Positions 24,325 to 37,859 are shown, numbered from the stretch's first letter. The stretch: DNA of 64,000 nucleotides from Leucoraja ocellata (GCA_036785375.1 JAWMAR010000061.1:9052001-9116000), one strand, 5' to 3'. Translations and numbers: made by a program. The notes: generated by a model not told the origin, from the sequence alone.

Positions 24325-25285
24325 GCCTTGATCCATTGCTGTTTGTCTACTGTCACAACAGGTCCATGGCAGATGCCATCTCCCGGACTCTACACTCTTC
24401 CTTGGATCTTGTGGATTACAAAGATATCTATGTTAAGATTCCTATTTATTGACTGTTTCTCTGCCTTAACATAATAGTCCCAACCAAACCCATCTCCAAA
24501 CTCCTGAACTTAGGTCAGCTCTCCCCTTTGCAACTTGATCCTCAACTCGGTAGTCATGAAATGCTTTGCGAGGCTGGTGAAGAAACACATCTGCGCCTTC
24601 CTCCCTCGGAACATGGACCCGTTGCAGTTCGCATACCGTCCGAACAGATCCAGGGAAATTCAGAGTGTCTCTGAGGATCCTACAGTGCTTCTACGCAGCG
24701 GCGGTGGAAAGCATCTTGTCCGGGAACATTACCATCTGGTTTGGGAATTGCTCTGCCAAGGACAAGAAGGCTCTGCAGAGAGTAGTGCGTTCGGCCGAAC
24801 GCACTATGGGAACTTCACTCGCCCCCCTGCAGGAACTATACATCAGGAGGTGCAACTCCAGAGACAACAATATCATGAGAGACCTCTTCCACCCATGCAA
24901 CGGACTGTTCCAACTGCTACGGTCAGGCAAACGCCTCCGTTGCCATGCGGTGAGAACGCAGAGGTTGAGAAGGAGTTTCTTCCCAGAGGCCATTCGGTCT
25001 GTAAACGCCTATCTCACCAGGGACTAACTTTACTGAACGTTTTTCCTTCCATTATTTATTATGTAAAAGAATATGTGTGTTTATGATTGTGTTTATAGTT
25101 TGTTTGGTTGTTTGGTTGTTTGTCTTTTTGCATAAAAGTCCGCAAGCATTGCCACTTTCATTTCACTGCACATCTCGTATGTGTATGTGACAAATAAACT
25201 TGACTTGACTTGAACTTCCTGGCCCCTCGACCACAATCAGTGAATACAGGTGACAAAACATTGTCCATGTAATTCTCACCTCCGC
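24325..25285 (+). mobile_element. Old Rex1/Babar RT relic, host of the nested insertion 24548-25212
   Basis: Decayed LDPL.F.Y.HNRS.ADAIS...KL.SKLL.LG..S.LCN.ILN resumes after the insert as NFL..RPQSV..GDKT. Confidence 0.7.
24548..25212 (+). mobile_element. Young Rex1/Babar LINE, internally deleted, with (CTTGA)n tail
   Basis: VVMKCFARLVKKHI...DPLQFAYRPNRS fused directly to C-terminal FY.AAVESILSGNITIWFGNC...RSFFPEAIR; tail aataaacttgacttgacttg. Confidence 0.9.
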
Positions 25286-25494
25286 TGCTATGGTATAATG
25301 GGCAAGATCTATGTTGGCACTCCTGTGATCCACACTACACGCACATCCCCTTACATAGAGAGAGATGTAAGCAACTACAAAGCTGCGTTATTCAGACACA
25401 TGACTTACTACTGAGCTCTTCACTAACAAAGAAGTGTGTCCCTCCTCAAACTGGAAAGTGTACATTGTGTCTAGAAGGTGAACGAGGATGCAAG

Positions 25495-25580
25495 GATACA
25501 CACACAAAGCTGGAGTAACTCAGCGGGACAGGCAGCATCTCTGGAGAGAAGGAATGGGTGACATTTCGGGTCGACAACAG
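25495..25580 (-). mobile_element. Monomer derived from a Penelope end
   Basis: acacaaagctggagtaactcagcgggacaggcagcatctctggagagaaggaatgggtgacatttcgggtcga. Confidence 0.8.
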
Positions 25581-26257
25581 CTTCTGCATGCGATTCCCCC
25601 GTGTGCAGACATTCTGCAAATATGTCCCACCTGAGATGGCACAGGGGGAACGGCTACTTGGGTTGAGTTCCAGGCAGGGATCAGTGCATAGAACCCCACT
25701 AAAGATGTTATCAGGGGGCTAAGGAATGAGACCACAAGAGAAAATATCTGAATGTAAAACGAGTAACATTTCTCCTCCCCAAAGATCAGTGGAAGACAAA
25801 CCTGACCTCCCTCTATTGAATATTCATTGCAGTTTGATCACAGCTCCCTGCAGCAAACGGTGGCGATGAGGAAGGAGACAGAGACAAATGGCACACTTGT
25901 ACGGCGACAACCACATTGAAACCGTGCTTAGCCTGGAGCAGTCACACTGCCCAACACCAGCCAAAGCATGTATACTAATTAGCAGACAGAGCTGACAAGC
26001 TAATTCCCCTCAACATGACACTGTATGGGCAGAGAGTGAGACACACAGTTTATTGGGACAATTAGATCAGCAACTCTTCAAGCAGCAGAAGCAAATCCAA
26101 AAAGACTGCCCTTTGAGAGCAATTTTGTGAAACTGATTATTGTCCCCAAATCAATGCGGACAGTTCATGAGTTTCACTTTGAGGAAAATGAAGATTGAGA
26201 AGCAGATGATGCAGTGGGCTGGTCTCACACTGTGATGCTTGGACAGGTAAAATAATG

Positions 26258-26356
26258 AGGAAGGGTCTCGACCCGATACCTCACCCATTCCTTCTCTCCA
26301 GAGATGCTGCCTGTCCTGTCCCGCTGAGTTACTCCAGATTTTTGTGTCTACCTTCA
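26258..26356 (+). mobile_element. Monomer derived from a Penelope end, with 11-bp TSD
   Basis: TSD gtaaaataatg at 26247-26257 and 26357-26367. Confidence 0.85.
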
Positions 26357-28494
26357 GTAAAATAATGGAACAGGAGAACAGCTCTTCATGCCTTGTAAGG
26401 TTAATCAGCATCAGTAGTTCCCTCCATTCACACATGTAGACTTCAATGAGGCGTTGGAGCTGAGCGGATTCTCTGGCGGTGAGGGGTCCCAGAGACGGTC
26501 AGGTGGATTACTTGGTCCAGGAGAGCCGGAGTGTTGATGTGCTGTGCGTATGATAATCACTGGCATTTAGGATCAAAGTATCAAACATATTCTGGGACAG
26601 CTGGTAAATGTCGACAGGAGTATACAATAAAAATAAATCATTTGGGAGCCTCTGCCCTGGGGGACTGGGATAATCTGCTTTAGATTTTGTTTTTTACTGT
26701 GTAAGCAAAGATTTCAAGAGATGCATCAGAATTCGCAAAATGGGCTGATCATGGAATGAGTCACTGAAGCCCACACACCCAGGCAGAGCCATCCAATGAG
26801 CCCTTTCCTCTGCTCCCTCGCCGTGAGCCTGCAGTCTTATCCTCAGCGTTTCTCCATTCGCCTCAGGAGCGGCACGCTGGCCTCTACCTCAGTTGTTCCA
26901 CGTTCAAACTCGAGAGCAAAATGTAATCTATTGCTCCACTGATAAAAATGACATCACTCAACTTTTGATCTTTCCTCCCATTTACCTATTTAAAACCTGT
27001 TGTATCTCTAACATGTCTCAGTTCTGATCCAAGATCAATGCCCTGAACCAGTAACTCTATTTTTCTTTCTGCAAATATCACATGACCTGCTGAATATTTC
27101 CAGCGTGCATTTTATTTAATTAACAAAGGGCTCCCGCTTGTCTCAAGTTAATGGAACGATCCTAGTGCATTACTCCCCGGAACAGCAGGGAAGAACCCTC
27201 GTTTATGTTGCTGATAAAAGTTTCACTGTACCTCGGTACACATTTCACTGTGCCAACTGGCACATGTGACAAATAAATGTATCTTGTATCTTGTACACAA
27301 TATAACCAAGCTGATTAACTGCCATGGAACCGCAACCTCTGCTTGCCGATCCACATGCCGTGGAAATAGTTCCTCACCAATCCTTAATTAAAACCTTTCA
27401 CAATGTTAACAATTATTTGACATAATGTGATTTTAAAAGCAGAATGTGAGTGATGTACGTACGGTGTGGATGGTAACAGTCCCTGCATCACGTGATGCCA
27501 ATAAGGTTTGGCTGAGGCAACATTAAGTCCAAAACATTGGTTTCCTAAAAGTCTCTCTCCCTCCCTCCCTCCTTAAGATGTTCCAGAAAATCTCATTCTC
27601 TGTTCCAATCTACTCACACCATCCATCCTCAGCCTTGTCCACTATTTAAGGAATAGTACATCTTTCACTTCACAGACCAAGTTCAATACTCAGAAAATAA
27701 CAAATAAAGCAAATCCTTCAAACACCAGGAGCAGGTATTGATTCCATGTCCCCCCTCCTCCAGGCCCATCATTTGTTCCATTTAATACTGCCTTCTACCA
27801 ACATCTCTTTTGTCATTTAATGTGCCTTGCCTTCTAATCTATCACAACCTATCCCTTTTGTTCTCTCGTCCCCTTCATTCTTTCTCTACTTAAAATGTTG
27901 ATTTCTAAGCTTTTTCTGTTCTGGTTAAAGATGAATGAATGCTGGACATTTAATTTTCTCTTCTTAATTGCTGCCTGACCACTGAGTATATTGTACATTG
28001 AAAATATACCCTTTGACATCAACATTTGTTTGATAATTTTGTCCACTGTACCTTTAACACTGTTTCACGATATCTAAAAGTACTTTACAACTTTGAAGAT
28101 GTAATCAGTGGTATGTGTGGTGTAGGCACGGTTGTGATATTGGAACCGCAGCTGCCTTGGGATGTTTCACTATATGTGAGGTGTGAAGAAATATACGCTG
28201 CTGTCAATGCTGTAGATTTAAGCCAGCCGATAAGGTTGTTAATATATTGCTGAAATGAATAAATAAAAGATTACTGAGGAATGTGAGATAAAGCCAGCCA
28301 GAAATATAAAAACAGATGGTACGAATCCTATAGATATTTATAAATGAGCTAACGGATCGTTGATCCTATAGAAAACGAATATGGGGAATTAATTAACCAA
28401 TCTTCATTATGGAAGATACAGGTAATATATCAGAAACAGCTCTACATCAAGAATTGGCGAGCAGAGAGAAACTCAGGAAAATAACAATTACATT

Positions 28495-28625
28495 AGTTCG
28501 TAGGTTCTAGGAGCAGAATAAGGCCATTCGGTCCATCAAGTCTACTCCGCCATTCAATCATGGCTGATCCGTCTTTCCCTCTCAACGCCATTCTCCTACC
28601 TTCGCCCCATAACCCCTGACACCCA
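28495..28625 (-). mobile_element. CR1/HER1 3' tail fragment
   Basis: ggagcagaataaggccattcggtccatcaagtctactccgccattcaatcatggctgatc. Confidence 0.8.
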
Positions 28626-29061
28626 ATTACAAGGGTAGGTGGACTGAACAAATGGCCAGAGGTGTGGGCTGACAGGTTTTCAGGACTTATGTACTTCATC
28701 CAAGGGTCTTGAAAGGAGTGGCCAATGAGAACGTTGATGCATGGTTTTCATTTTCCCTAGAATTCCCTAGAATTGTGAAAACTTACGTTTAATATTTTAC
28801 AATTTAGTAGTACTCCATTATTCAAAAAGGAAGGATAAAAAGCATGAACGTGCAGGCCAGTTGGATTAACATCAATCAAAGAAAAAAATTACAAGCTGTT
28901 ATTATTGATGTTAAAACAGTACACTATGAAAATTAATCAGGCAAACACCATAGGGCTTTGGGAAAGCTTTCTAGTTAAATCAAATTATTGGATTTCTCTG
29001 AAGAAGTAACGTTCTCTGAATTGGGGGAAGGGGGTGGTGCGCGGGTGGTATTATAAACTTT

Positions 29062-29460
29062 TGGGAGATACAGCGCAGAAACAGCCTACCAACGGTCACC
29101 GCATACACTTGCACTATCCTACACACTAAGGACAATTTATCTTTTTTTTACCAAAGTCGATTAACATCCAATCCTGTACGTTTTTGTAGTGTGGGAGGAA
29201 ACCAGTGGGGTGGGAGATTGCAACCTCACGTGGTCCACCCTGTTTCGCCTAATGCAATCAACCCGACGTGCACAAACAAGATCAAATAGAACAAGTTGAC
29301 CTACAACTTTAGGCTGTGCACGGCATACGCAAGAAGAGAAAACCCACGCAGTCACATAGAGAACACACAAACTCCGTACAGACAGCACCTGTCGTCAGGA
29401 TTGAAACCAGGTCTCTAGATCTGTAAGGCTGCATTTCTTCGGTTGCACCACTATGCTGCC
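29062..29460 (-). mobile_element. HE1-type V-SINE interrupted by an unrelated ~130-bp segment (~29205-29337)
   Basis: Reverse complement of the SINE at 10860 (gagaacacacaaactccgtacagacagcacc...caggattgaaaccaggtctct), split between ggaggaaacc and gagaaaacccacgcagtcac. Confidence 0.75.
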
Positions 29461-30614
29461 TTAATTTATACTTAGTTATACTTATAATTTATTTCAAAAA
29501 AAATCTTAATAAAGTGTTTTAGCTCAAGGTCATGGAACTAACATGATGGCATTAGGAGGTTTTTGCTTGGAACACAGGAAGGCTCAAATGGGTTCCAAAA
29601 TATAATGAACTTGTTAAGCAAGGAGATGAAAGGCTGCTACAGGTTAGGGTTAGGGTTGGAGATGAGATTTTCAACCAGATCAGCCATGATCTTATTGAAC
29701 GGCAGAGCAGGCTTCAAGGGCCGAGGGCTGGTCCTGCTCTTCATCTGAAGGCTCAAATGTTCATGTGTAGCTAAAAGCTCACACCTCAATCTCCCACACT
29801 CTACAGCTCAAACCATGCACTTCACACGCTGCCCACATCCGCAACATCAGATTCACACTTTCATCAGACAATAGGCAGCAGATTAAAGCTTACAAGAAGC
29901 ACTGCTTTTTTCTGCCATTCCCGTGAAGGAAATACCTCCACTCTGAGATAAACTGTAGCCACGACTTCTTTGTATCTATCATGTCTGCAGATTGTGGATA
30001 TACCCTAGTCCTCCAGGGACACCTTCCCTCTGCTCACTGCTTCTCCCAGGCACTCTGCCTTTCTGCACACGTCTCCTTGTCTTTCTCTTCTCACGAAGGC
30101 AACATGCTGTATTGCATGTTTCATGAATCTAAGGAACTCATATCCACAGGCTAATGGAAGAGAATGAAGCTACACTTGCCAACGGTTTCCATGGTAACCT
30201 TCAGTCAGTGAGGGAACTCAAATAGGGGGTGGGGTGGAGCCTGTCAAATCCTGCCAACTGATATTGCTCTTCTTTTGTTTAAGCAAGGAGACAGCTCATG
30301 TAGAATTGCCTCTGCAACAGCTGGAAAACAGCACAGTTTACATACACATCTACCCACAAACCACCCTTCCCCAGTCCCACACCCTCCTCTATCCTCATCC
30401 CCACATCCTGCACCCTTCTCCACTGCATCTGAGGCATGATAATATAGTCGTTCAATCACTGGTATAGGAGCCAGAGTTCTGGATCCAAAAAAACATGGGC
30501 ACCGGATTGAAACCCACCTTGGCCATCAGGACATTTACATTCAAATAAAATGCAACCAAATAGAAAATTCTAAAATGTAAAATTACTTAATCTCAGTGAA
30601 ATAAGAAAAATAGA

Positions 30615-30860
30615 NNNNNNNNNNNNNNNNNNNNNNNNNNNNNNNNNNNNNNNNNNNNNNNNNNNNNNNNNNNNNNNNNNNNNNNNNNNNNNNNNNNNNN
30701 NNNNNNNNNNNNNNNNNNNNNNNNNNNNNNNNNNNNNNNNNNNNNNNNNNNNNNNNNNNNNNNNNNNNNNNNNNNNNNNNNNNNNNNNNNNNNNNNNNNN
30801 NNNNNNNNNNNNNNNNNNNNNNNNNNNNNNNNNNNNNNNNNNNNNNNNNNNNNNNNNNNN
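30615..30860. other. Assembly gap (N run)
   Basis: Run of n. Confidence 1.
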
Positions 30861-31189
30861 AAAGAGAGAAAGTGTGGAAGCAGGCCCTTTGGTCCACTGA
30901 GTCTGCAGCAACCAGAAACCTCATTACACTAATCCAACATTAACATGATTTTTTTTATTTTCCCTACATTCTCATCGATTCCCTCAGAATCTGCAGGTCA
31001 CCTGCAATTTATAATGGCCAATAAATCTGCTAATTCATGCGTCTTTAGGGTGTGGGTTTTCTCCGAGTCTGCTGGTTTCCTCCCACGCCCCAAAGACTTG
31101 TGGGTTGTAAGATAATTAGCAACTGTGGATTATGGAAAACAAATCTGGTGGTTCACTTACACAGGAAAGGTGCAATAACGGGTGCCCTT

Positions 31190-31900
31190 ACCAACAGTGC
31201 CACATCCTCCAGCTCCATTCTCCCCTCACAGCCCTATGACACCTCCACACCAACCCCAGAGACCACAAGCATCACGACCTGCCCACACATTGCAGCAAAA
31301 ACCAGCACGTTTTTTCCCTTAAATATTGGGAGACTGAGCCATTCCTCTTTGGAACCTTCAACCATCACTGTTCCGGTTCTCACCAACATCATCTCCTTCT
31401 CTGAGATCCCCCAGTAACCGATTCTCAACCAAAGTGTTTGCCACCAGATATCATTCCAGAACAACACCAAAACACCTTTCATGGTCACCAATACAACCAC
31501 TCGCTTCCACCCCAGTGTTGCTGCCAGACTCCATTGCTGATGAAACTCTCTCCCATGCCTTTATCTAAACTTTGTTCACCCATCACACGTGCTATGTGTC
31601 TAAAGTACAATAATTCTCATCTTTGTTTTATAATCGTTTCGTTGTATCACCTCTGCAGCCCAAAAACTGCAAAATCTCCTTGCTCTTCTAATTTGGGTTT
31701 GCTCACCCCACGACAGCTATGTTCTCAGTTGCCAAGGCAGTAAGGTATGGAATTCCTCTCTGCCTTCCCCCTCCTTTAAAATGCTACAAACAAACCTGCT
31801 TCTGTTCTGTCCTAGCAATCCTTTATATGACTGCATCGATTTTCCTTTGCTAAAACACTTTGGAAACATTTCAATTGTTTTAATGTACCAAAGTACACTC
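31190..31900 (+). mobile_element. Ancient L2-like LINE relic
   Basis: C-rich decayed sequence with an L2-like 3' end (ctcctttaaaatgctacaaacaaacc...taaaacactttggaaacatt); no intact ORF. Confidence 0.4.
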
Positions 31901-32829
31901 TTTTAATTCATCTCGTGAGATGCTGGGTTGCTGGGAAGGCCATGATTTATTGCTTATCCTTAATGCCTGTTCAGCTGCCTTCTTGTATAAGCAGTCCCAT
32001 AGCAATCTAGGGCAGGGAGTTGCAGGACTTACACCCTGGGACAGTGCAAACAAGTCTGATGAATGATGCTGTGTGACTTGGAGGAGGTGATGCTCCATTA
32101 CACCTGCAGTCTTTGACCGTCTAGTTGGTGGAGGCTGGGGGAATATTGTTGGAGAAACACAAGTCGGTTGTTCATTTTGAAAATAAATTGGTCGGGCTTG
32201 AAGACAATAATGTCTGGCCCAGGACTCAGCTCAGAACGAAAAGCAGATGAATTGAACATAACAAACTCATCAAGTATAAAAGGCTAAATACTGCAAGAAA
32301 GAAAACTGCGTGATCATTTTCCCAGCAGTGTCAATACGAAGGATCTTGGGTATAACTTTGATATGATCAGTCATTTGAAGCAGTCAAAGTAAACTGGAGA
32401 ATGCATTAACTTTTTAATATTGTAAACTGAGTACTGTGTTGGATCTGTATACATAATGGCCACACTCCAACTTGAGTATTGTGCCAAGCTGCAAGCACTG
32501 GAGGCAAATCCCCAGAGCAGTGCTTACGGCTGTTCCCAGAGGATCAGTTCTGGTTAGACAACCGTACCTCCCCAATAGAAGGCAGGAGAGTGACAGGACC
32601 CCATACATAGTGCGTGAAAGTAGGACAAGAGGAACTGGGTGAAACCAGACAGGGGCCAACAGGTCAGATGGCTCCGTTTCACAAGGAATGGGTACTATTA
32701 AACTGCATCTTGAAACCACACGAAAATTAGATCAATTTAATTGCCTCCTGCAGAAACCTATTACATTGTCTTGGAGTCCCTTTAGCTCACCAGAATACAC
32801 TAACTACACCTCTATTTACATTAATTCCT

Positions 32830-33000
32830 TTTTATTCTTCCCACATTCACATCGTATTCTTCAAAATGGTCAATTAATCTAGCATGTTGAAAGAAACCAG
32901 AGCACCCAAAGGAAACCCACAGTGTCACAGGGCCAATGTGTAAATTCCACACAGACAGCACCAGAGATCAGAAATGAGCCAAGAGTTGGAAGAACTGAGT
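32830..33000 (-). mobile_element. Degenerate V-SINE
   Basis: aaaccagagcacccaaaggaaacccacagtgtcacaggg...aaattccacacagacagcaccagagatcag. Confidence 0.7.
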
Positions 33001-33679
33001 CACCCCCAATACCTGACTAACTGTTCTTCATTCAAGTCAAAGTACAATTATGCCCGGAAAAATTGCGGAGGCTAGATATACAATCAAATACTTTTTAAAC
33101 AATAGCCAGAACTTATGCTATACTAATCTGTTCCAAATGTAAAGGTTTATTTATAATTTTTGCTTTATCTAATCTGTCGTAAAAAAAATTGAAGAACAAA
33201 ATAAGCACACAACTTACAAAGGATAATGCAAATTCATCTAATTCGTCATTAATACACAAGTCTACCAAGGATGCAAAACTTTGTAAAGTTCCCCTGTTAA
33301 GAACATCTGAAATGAAATGGCCCTCTTGCTAGCATTCTTATTCTGCAAAGTGTTTCTTTTTCAGATCAATTTAAATTCTTCTTTTCCGGCACTTTCTTTG
33401 TATTCTTTGTTTCCGTCAGCGTGGAGAACAGAGCGGGTTGCATTGCTCGCTGCTTGCCTGCCTGCCTGCCTGCCTGCCTGCCGGGAATGCACACTATTTG
33501 GCAGAACCACGCTCAATACCTGAATGTGCTGCTCTACACTGCAATCACCTGACTATCTGCCCACAAGTCCATCAAGTCTATGACTACCCTACCCACTTGC
33601 AGGAGGGGTAATTACAGCAACCAGAACATAGAGGACATTCACCACCACGTCCCCTTGATTAGAAGACTTTAGTTGTGAG

Positions 33680-34070
33680 GAGAGTTAGTAGGCTGGGTTT
33701 GTTTTCCCTGGAGCTGAGGCCGAGGGGTGACCTGATAGAGGTCTTTAAAATTATAAGACATAGATAATCTATTTTGCACAAGAAACATATCAATAACAAA
33801 ACGGCATAGGTTTAAGGTGAGAAGAAGGAGTTTTCAGGGAATTTTAGGTAAGTTTTTTCCCCCCCACAGAGTCATTGATATCTGGAACCCATTGCCAGAA
33901 GAGGTGGTGGAATTAGATATTATCGCTATGTTTAATATACATCTAGACGGCCACTTATATCCATAGTATGGTGCAGACCTAATGTGGGCAGATGGGATTA
34001 GAGAAGTTGGCATGGTCTTGACGAGCTGAGCTGAAGAGCATGTTTCTGTGCAGCTTGACTCAATGACTCC
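33680..34070 (+). mobile_element. Degenerate CR1 LINE 3' fragment
   Basis: ctgaggccgaggggtgacctgatagaggtctttaaaattat...tggaacccattgccagaagaggtggtgga. Confidence 0.75.
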
Positions 34071-35858
34071 CTGACTGATGTTAACTTCACCCATGATATG
34101 TCCATGCAGAATCACAGCATGATTGCAGCATACAGGAGAACACTGACCCAGAGAATTCACACCTGCTCTTTGCCTGAGCAACTCTCTTGTTCCACACACC
34201 TCCCTTCTCACTAGGCAGATATTTATCCACCACATTTTATCTGATCTCGCTTGAAGTCCCACTCAAACCTACGGTGCAATTTCAACCATACGTCACATAA
34301 AAAGGTTTTTCACTATGTAATTCTTAATTCTTTCTTTCTCCCTAATGAACAGCCACTATCCACTATGTCCAAACCCCTCATCATTTTATGTATTCCCATT
34401 AGATCTCCTTTCAGCCTTCTCTTTTCTAAAGAAAGCAGCGTCTTTAACCTAATATAACTGCAGCCCCTCATCCTAGTAACTATCCTCACAAGATCTTTTC
34501 TGAATCCTCCCTCATGCCTTCACAATCTTCCCAAAAATCTACCAGAATATTCCATTTCATCTGGACCAGTGTTTAATAAAGGTTCATATTTGTGAGTAAG
34601 ACTCCTGAGATATTCAGGGTAGTTATACCACAGTAACACGTTATCTCAATGTCTGACCTTCAGGGGAACCAATGGATTTGATTTCAGTTCTGACAGTGGT
34701 TCACTTTTACTCTTCCAAACACTCTGGTACAGTTCTCAAATCTTTCCTATTTCAAACCTTCCAGTCCAGCAGGCATGTCTAATCCCATTACTAAATCCTC
34801 AGTGGACATCTACAGAGCTAATTACACAGAATACCCAGCACACACATTCAACCCGACCAGCCTATGCCAATGTTTATGCTCCACTGAAGATTCCTCCCCT
34901 CCAATACTATCAGCATCACTCTTTATCCCCTTAGCCATGCGTTTCCTATCTTGGTTAACTCTAAGGGTGAGGAAGATTGAGAAGATTGTTAGGGTGCTGA
35001 CACAGCCGAGCTTGCCACCTGTCTACACTGAGCCCAGGGTCTGTTGTGCACCTGTTCAGTAAGATCTGGGCTGCGTGCCATCATGAAACAAATGTAGGAT
35101 GGAGTTGAATTTCTGCAGAAGGCCAAATTTGGGAAGGATACCCCATTGTACATTGGAGTCAAAGAGTTTTACAAATAAAAAAACATCTTTAATAGTAATT
35201 GATGCTGCTCCATTTATTTCTCTTAATCAATGGCATGGTGAAAGTGCGTGTTGGTAAATGGAGGGAATGTTTACCACAATTTGGGGAGCAACTCTTCAGC
35301 CATTGGAGGAGGTGTAGTGTTCTACTGGGGAGCAGTGGTCCCTTGCTTGTGTGTGCTCCTGAGATATGGTCTAACTGCAGCAGGCACATCAAAGCACCAG
35401 AGAAATAACACCAACGCAGTCTGCACAAAATTCTCTCTATTCCAGGCCTGATAAGTGCACCAGCATCACCTTCCTCTCCCAGGTTAACACTCTCAGCACT
35501 GAGATCTTAGTGACAGTCAGCTCTGATAGGCAGATCATGTTGTTTGTATACCTCACACTAGGCTCCTGAAGTAAGATACCTTATCACACCAACCAATTAT
35601 CTATGGACAGTTGAAAATATCAAATAATGCTCACAAAGCAGTTGCTACCCCAGCCATAATATAGTCTGTGGTTTTATCAGCCATCAGAATATGGAGTGGA
35701 TATACACTATCCTTCATCAGAGGACCAGGGATGCAGAGGGAGGAGACAGAGGAAGAATGCTGGGCTGGGCAAAGCTGTGGGAGGTCATGAGAGCAAGAGA
35801 AGCGATGAGCTAAGGAATGCATGAGGGAACTGTCTGAGAGACGATAAAAAGATGCAAG

Positions 35859-36058
35859 GTAGACACAAAATGCTGGAGTAACTCAGGCAGCATCTCTGGG
35901 GAGAAGGAATGGGTGACGTTTCGGGACAAGACCATTCTTCAAACTGAAGAAACGTCACCCATTCCTTCTCTCCAGAGATACTGCCTGTCCCCCTGAGTTA
36001 CTCCAGCATTTTGTGTCTACCTTCGATTTAAACCAGCATCTGCAGTTCTTTCTTACAC
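35859..36058. mobile_element. Palindromic element derived from Penelope ends (200 bp) with 15-bp TSD
   Basis: Inverted arms gtagacacaaaatgctggagtaactca... / ...tgagttactccagcattttgtgtctac; TSD ataaaaagatgcaag at 35844-35858 and 36059-36073. Confidence 0.9.
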
Positions 36059-37859
36059 ATAAAAAGATGCAAGTTCACATTTAACCAACTGAACTTCCCG
36101 AAAAAGGTAAAAGGTATTTTGACATTTAATGCAAGAATAAAAGATGGTACTGCAATTACTGCATGAGGCCGTGAGGAGACAGCAGCTGAAATATTGGCTG
36201 GTCTCCACAACTAAGGAAAGATGTGCTTCCAACTGAGGGAATGCAGTGAGGGTTATCAGGTTGATTTCGGGGTTGGGCATGGGGTTGGGCAGTTAGTTGT
36301 CCCACATGGAGAGACTAATCAGGCCGGGCCTGCGCTCTCCCGAGTATCAAAGTTTGACGTATCATCTCATTGAAACATACAAAGTGCTTGAGTTGTGTGA
36401 CAGATCAGACGCTGAATATGTTTCTCCTGTCTATGGTGCTGAAACCAGAAATCATTGTCACAAAATAACCATTCAGGATTGAGATGGGATGTCTTTGCCC
36501 AATGGTGGTGAGTCTTTGAAATTCTCTGCCCCCAAAACTGTAGAGGTGAATTCACAGAGTAAATTCAAGAGAGATTGACAGATACTTAGATATTAAGGGA
36601 TTCAGAGGTATGCAATTAGTGTAGGTAAGTGGCACTGTCTAACTACGATCTAACTCATAATTGAGATCGCCAGTCCATATGCAAGGCTCAAGATTATCCT
36701 TCAAACCATGAGAGGAGGAACCAAGTGGGCACTGGAGTCAGAAACTGTAGCGCAGCAGTCACACAGAAGAGAATCCAAAGGGGTATCGACACTGCGGTCT
36801 GCTCCAGCTAACTGCTGATCAACAGAGCTTAATTACACCAATGATCTCTTATCAGGCAGGAGTTAAAATAGAGCTCAGTAATCATAGCCCAGAGTTAACC
36901 AACAGAGCTGGGAAGCTGCCAGTGGAATTGAGAGGAAATGCATTTCATTTTAATTAAAAACGAAATCACAGGGCGGAGAGCCTGAATACATTGTCCCAGC
37001 TGCTGCGTGCAGCTTAATCACAGTCGCAAAGGAATCTGACAGCAGAAGCATTTCTCCAGTCTCAGATGGGATACAGAATATATCAGAGCATAGAACAGGT
37101 TAGCATAGGAACAGGTTCCTGTGGCACATAATGGCCATGCTGAACATGATGCCAGGTTAAACTTGTCTCCTGTGCCTGCATCTAATCCATATTCCTTCAC
37201 CCCTGCATACCCCAAAGGCTCATAGACACCTAGACATCATCTGCAAACTTACTAACCAACCCATCTACATTGTCATCCAAGTCATTTCTATATATCACAA
37301 ATAAAATAGATTCTAGTACCAGTACATGTAAAAAGACACTGCTGGAGGAACTCCATGAGTCAATCAGCATCTGTGGAGGGAATTCAACAGACAACGTTTC
37401 ATCAGGGCCTTGACCTGAAATGCTGCATCAGGATCTGTGGATAACACTAACTTATTACAATAAGACAAGGCATGCAGGTTAAAACATGTATGTGAACCAC
37501 AGCACATGGAGCTCTGGGAATATAAAAGTGGAATATCTTCTTAATGGTAAAAAATATATATGCGTATTAAGACTAATTGTCTTAAATTGTAATCCTTTAA
37601 ATGTCAGAGTTTGAAAGGTGACTTGATCAAGGTGGTGAAAAGTTAAAACAATTTACAGGGCAAATACACATAAATCACCCCCCCTGGCAGGGAACTCAGG
37701 AATTAGGGGACAATCATTTGAAGCTTATTATTTGGCCATTCAGAAGGATATCTTGAAGCAGTTTTATGATTGGACAGAAGTTTGGAATTCTCTCCAAAAG
37801 GCTGTGGACCCTCAGACAAATATGGCAGCTAAGGGAACCAAGGGATATGAGATGGAGGA

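Noticed and set aside
35859-36058. Hairpin elements as DNA-transposon MITEs or conserved miRNA genes
   Set aside because: Variable 9-15 bp TSDs, an asymmetric extension and identity with the end of a GIY-YIG-encoding copy point to Penelope origin; no recognisable mature miRNA
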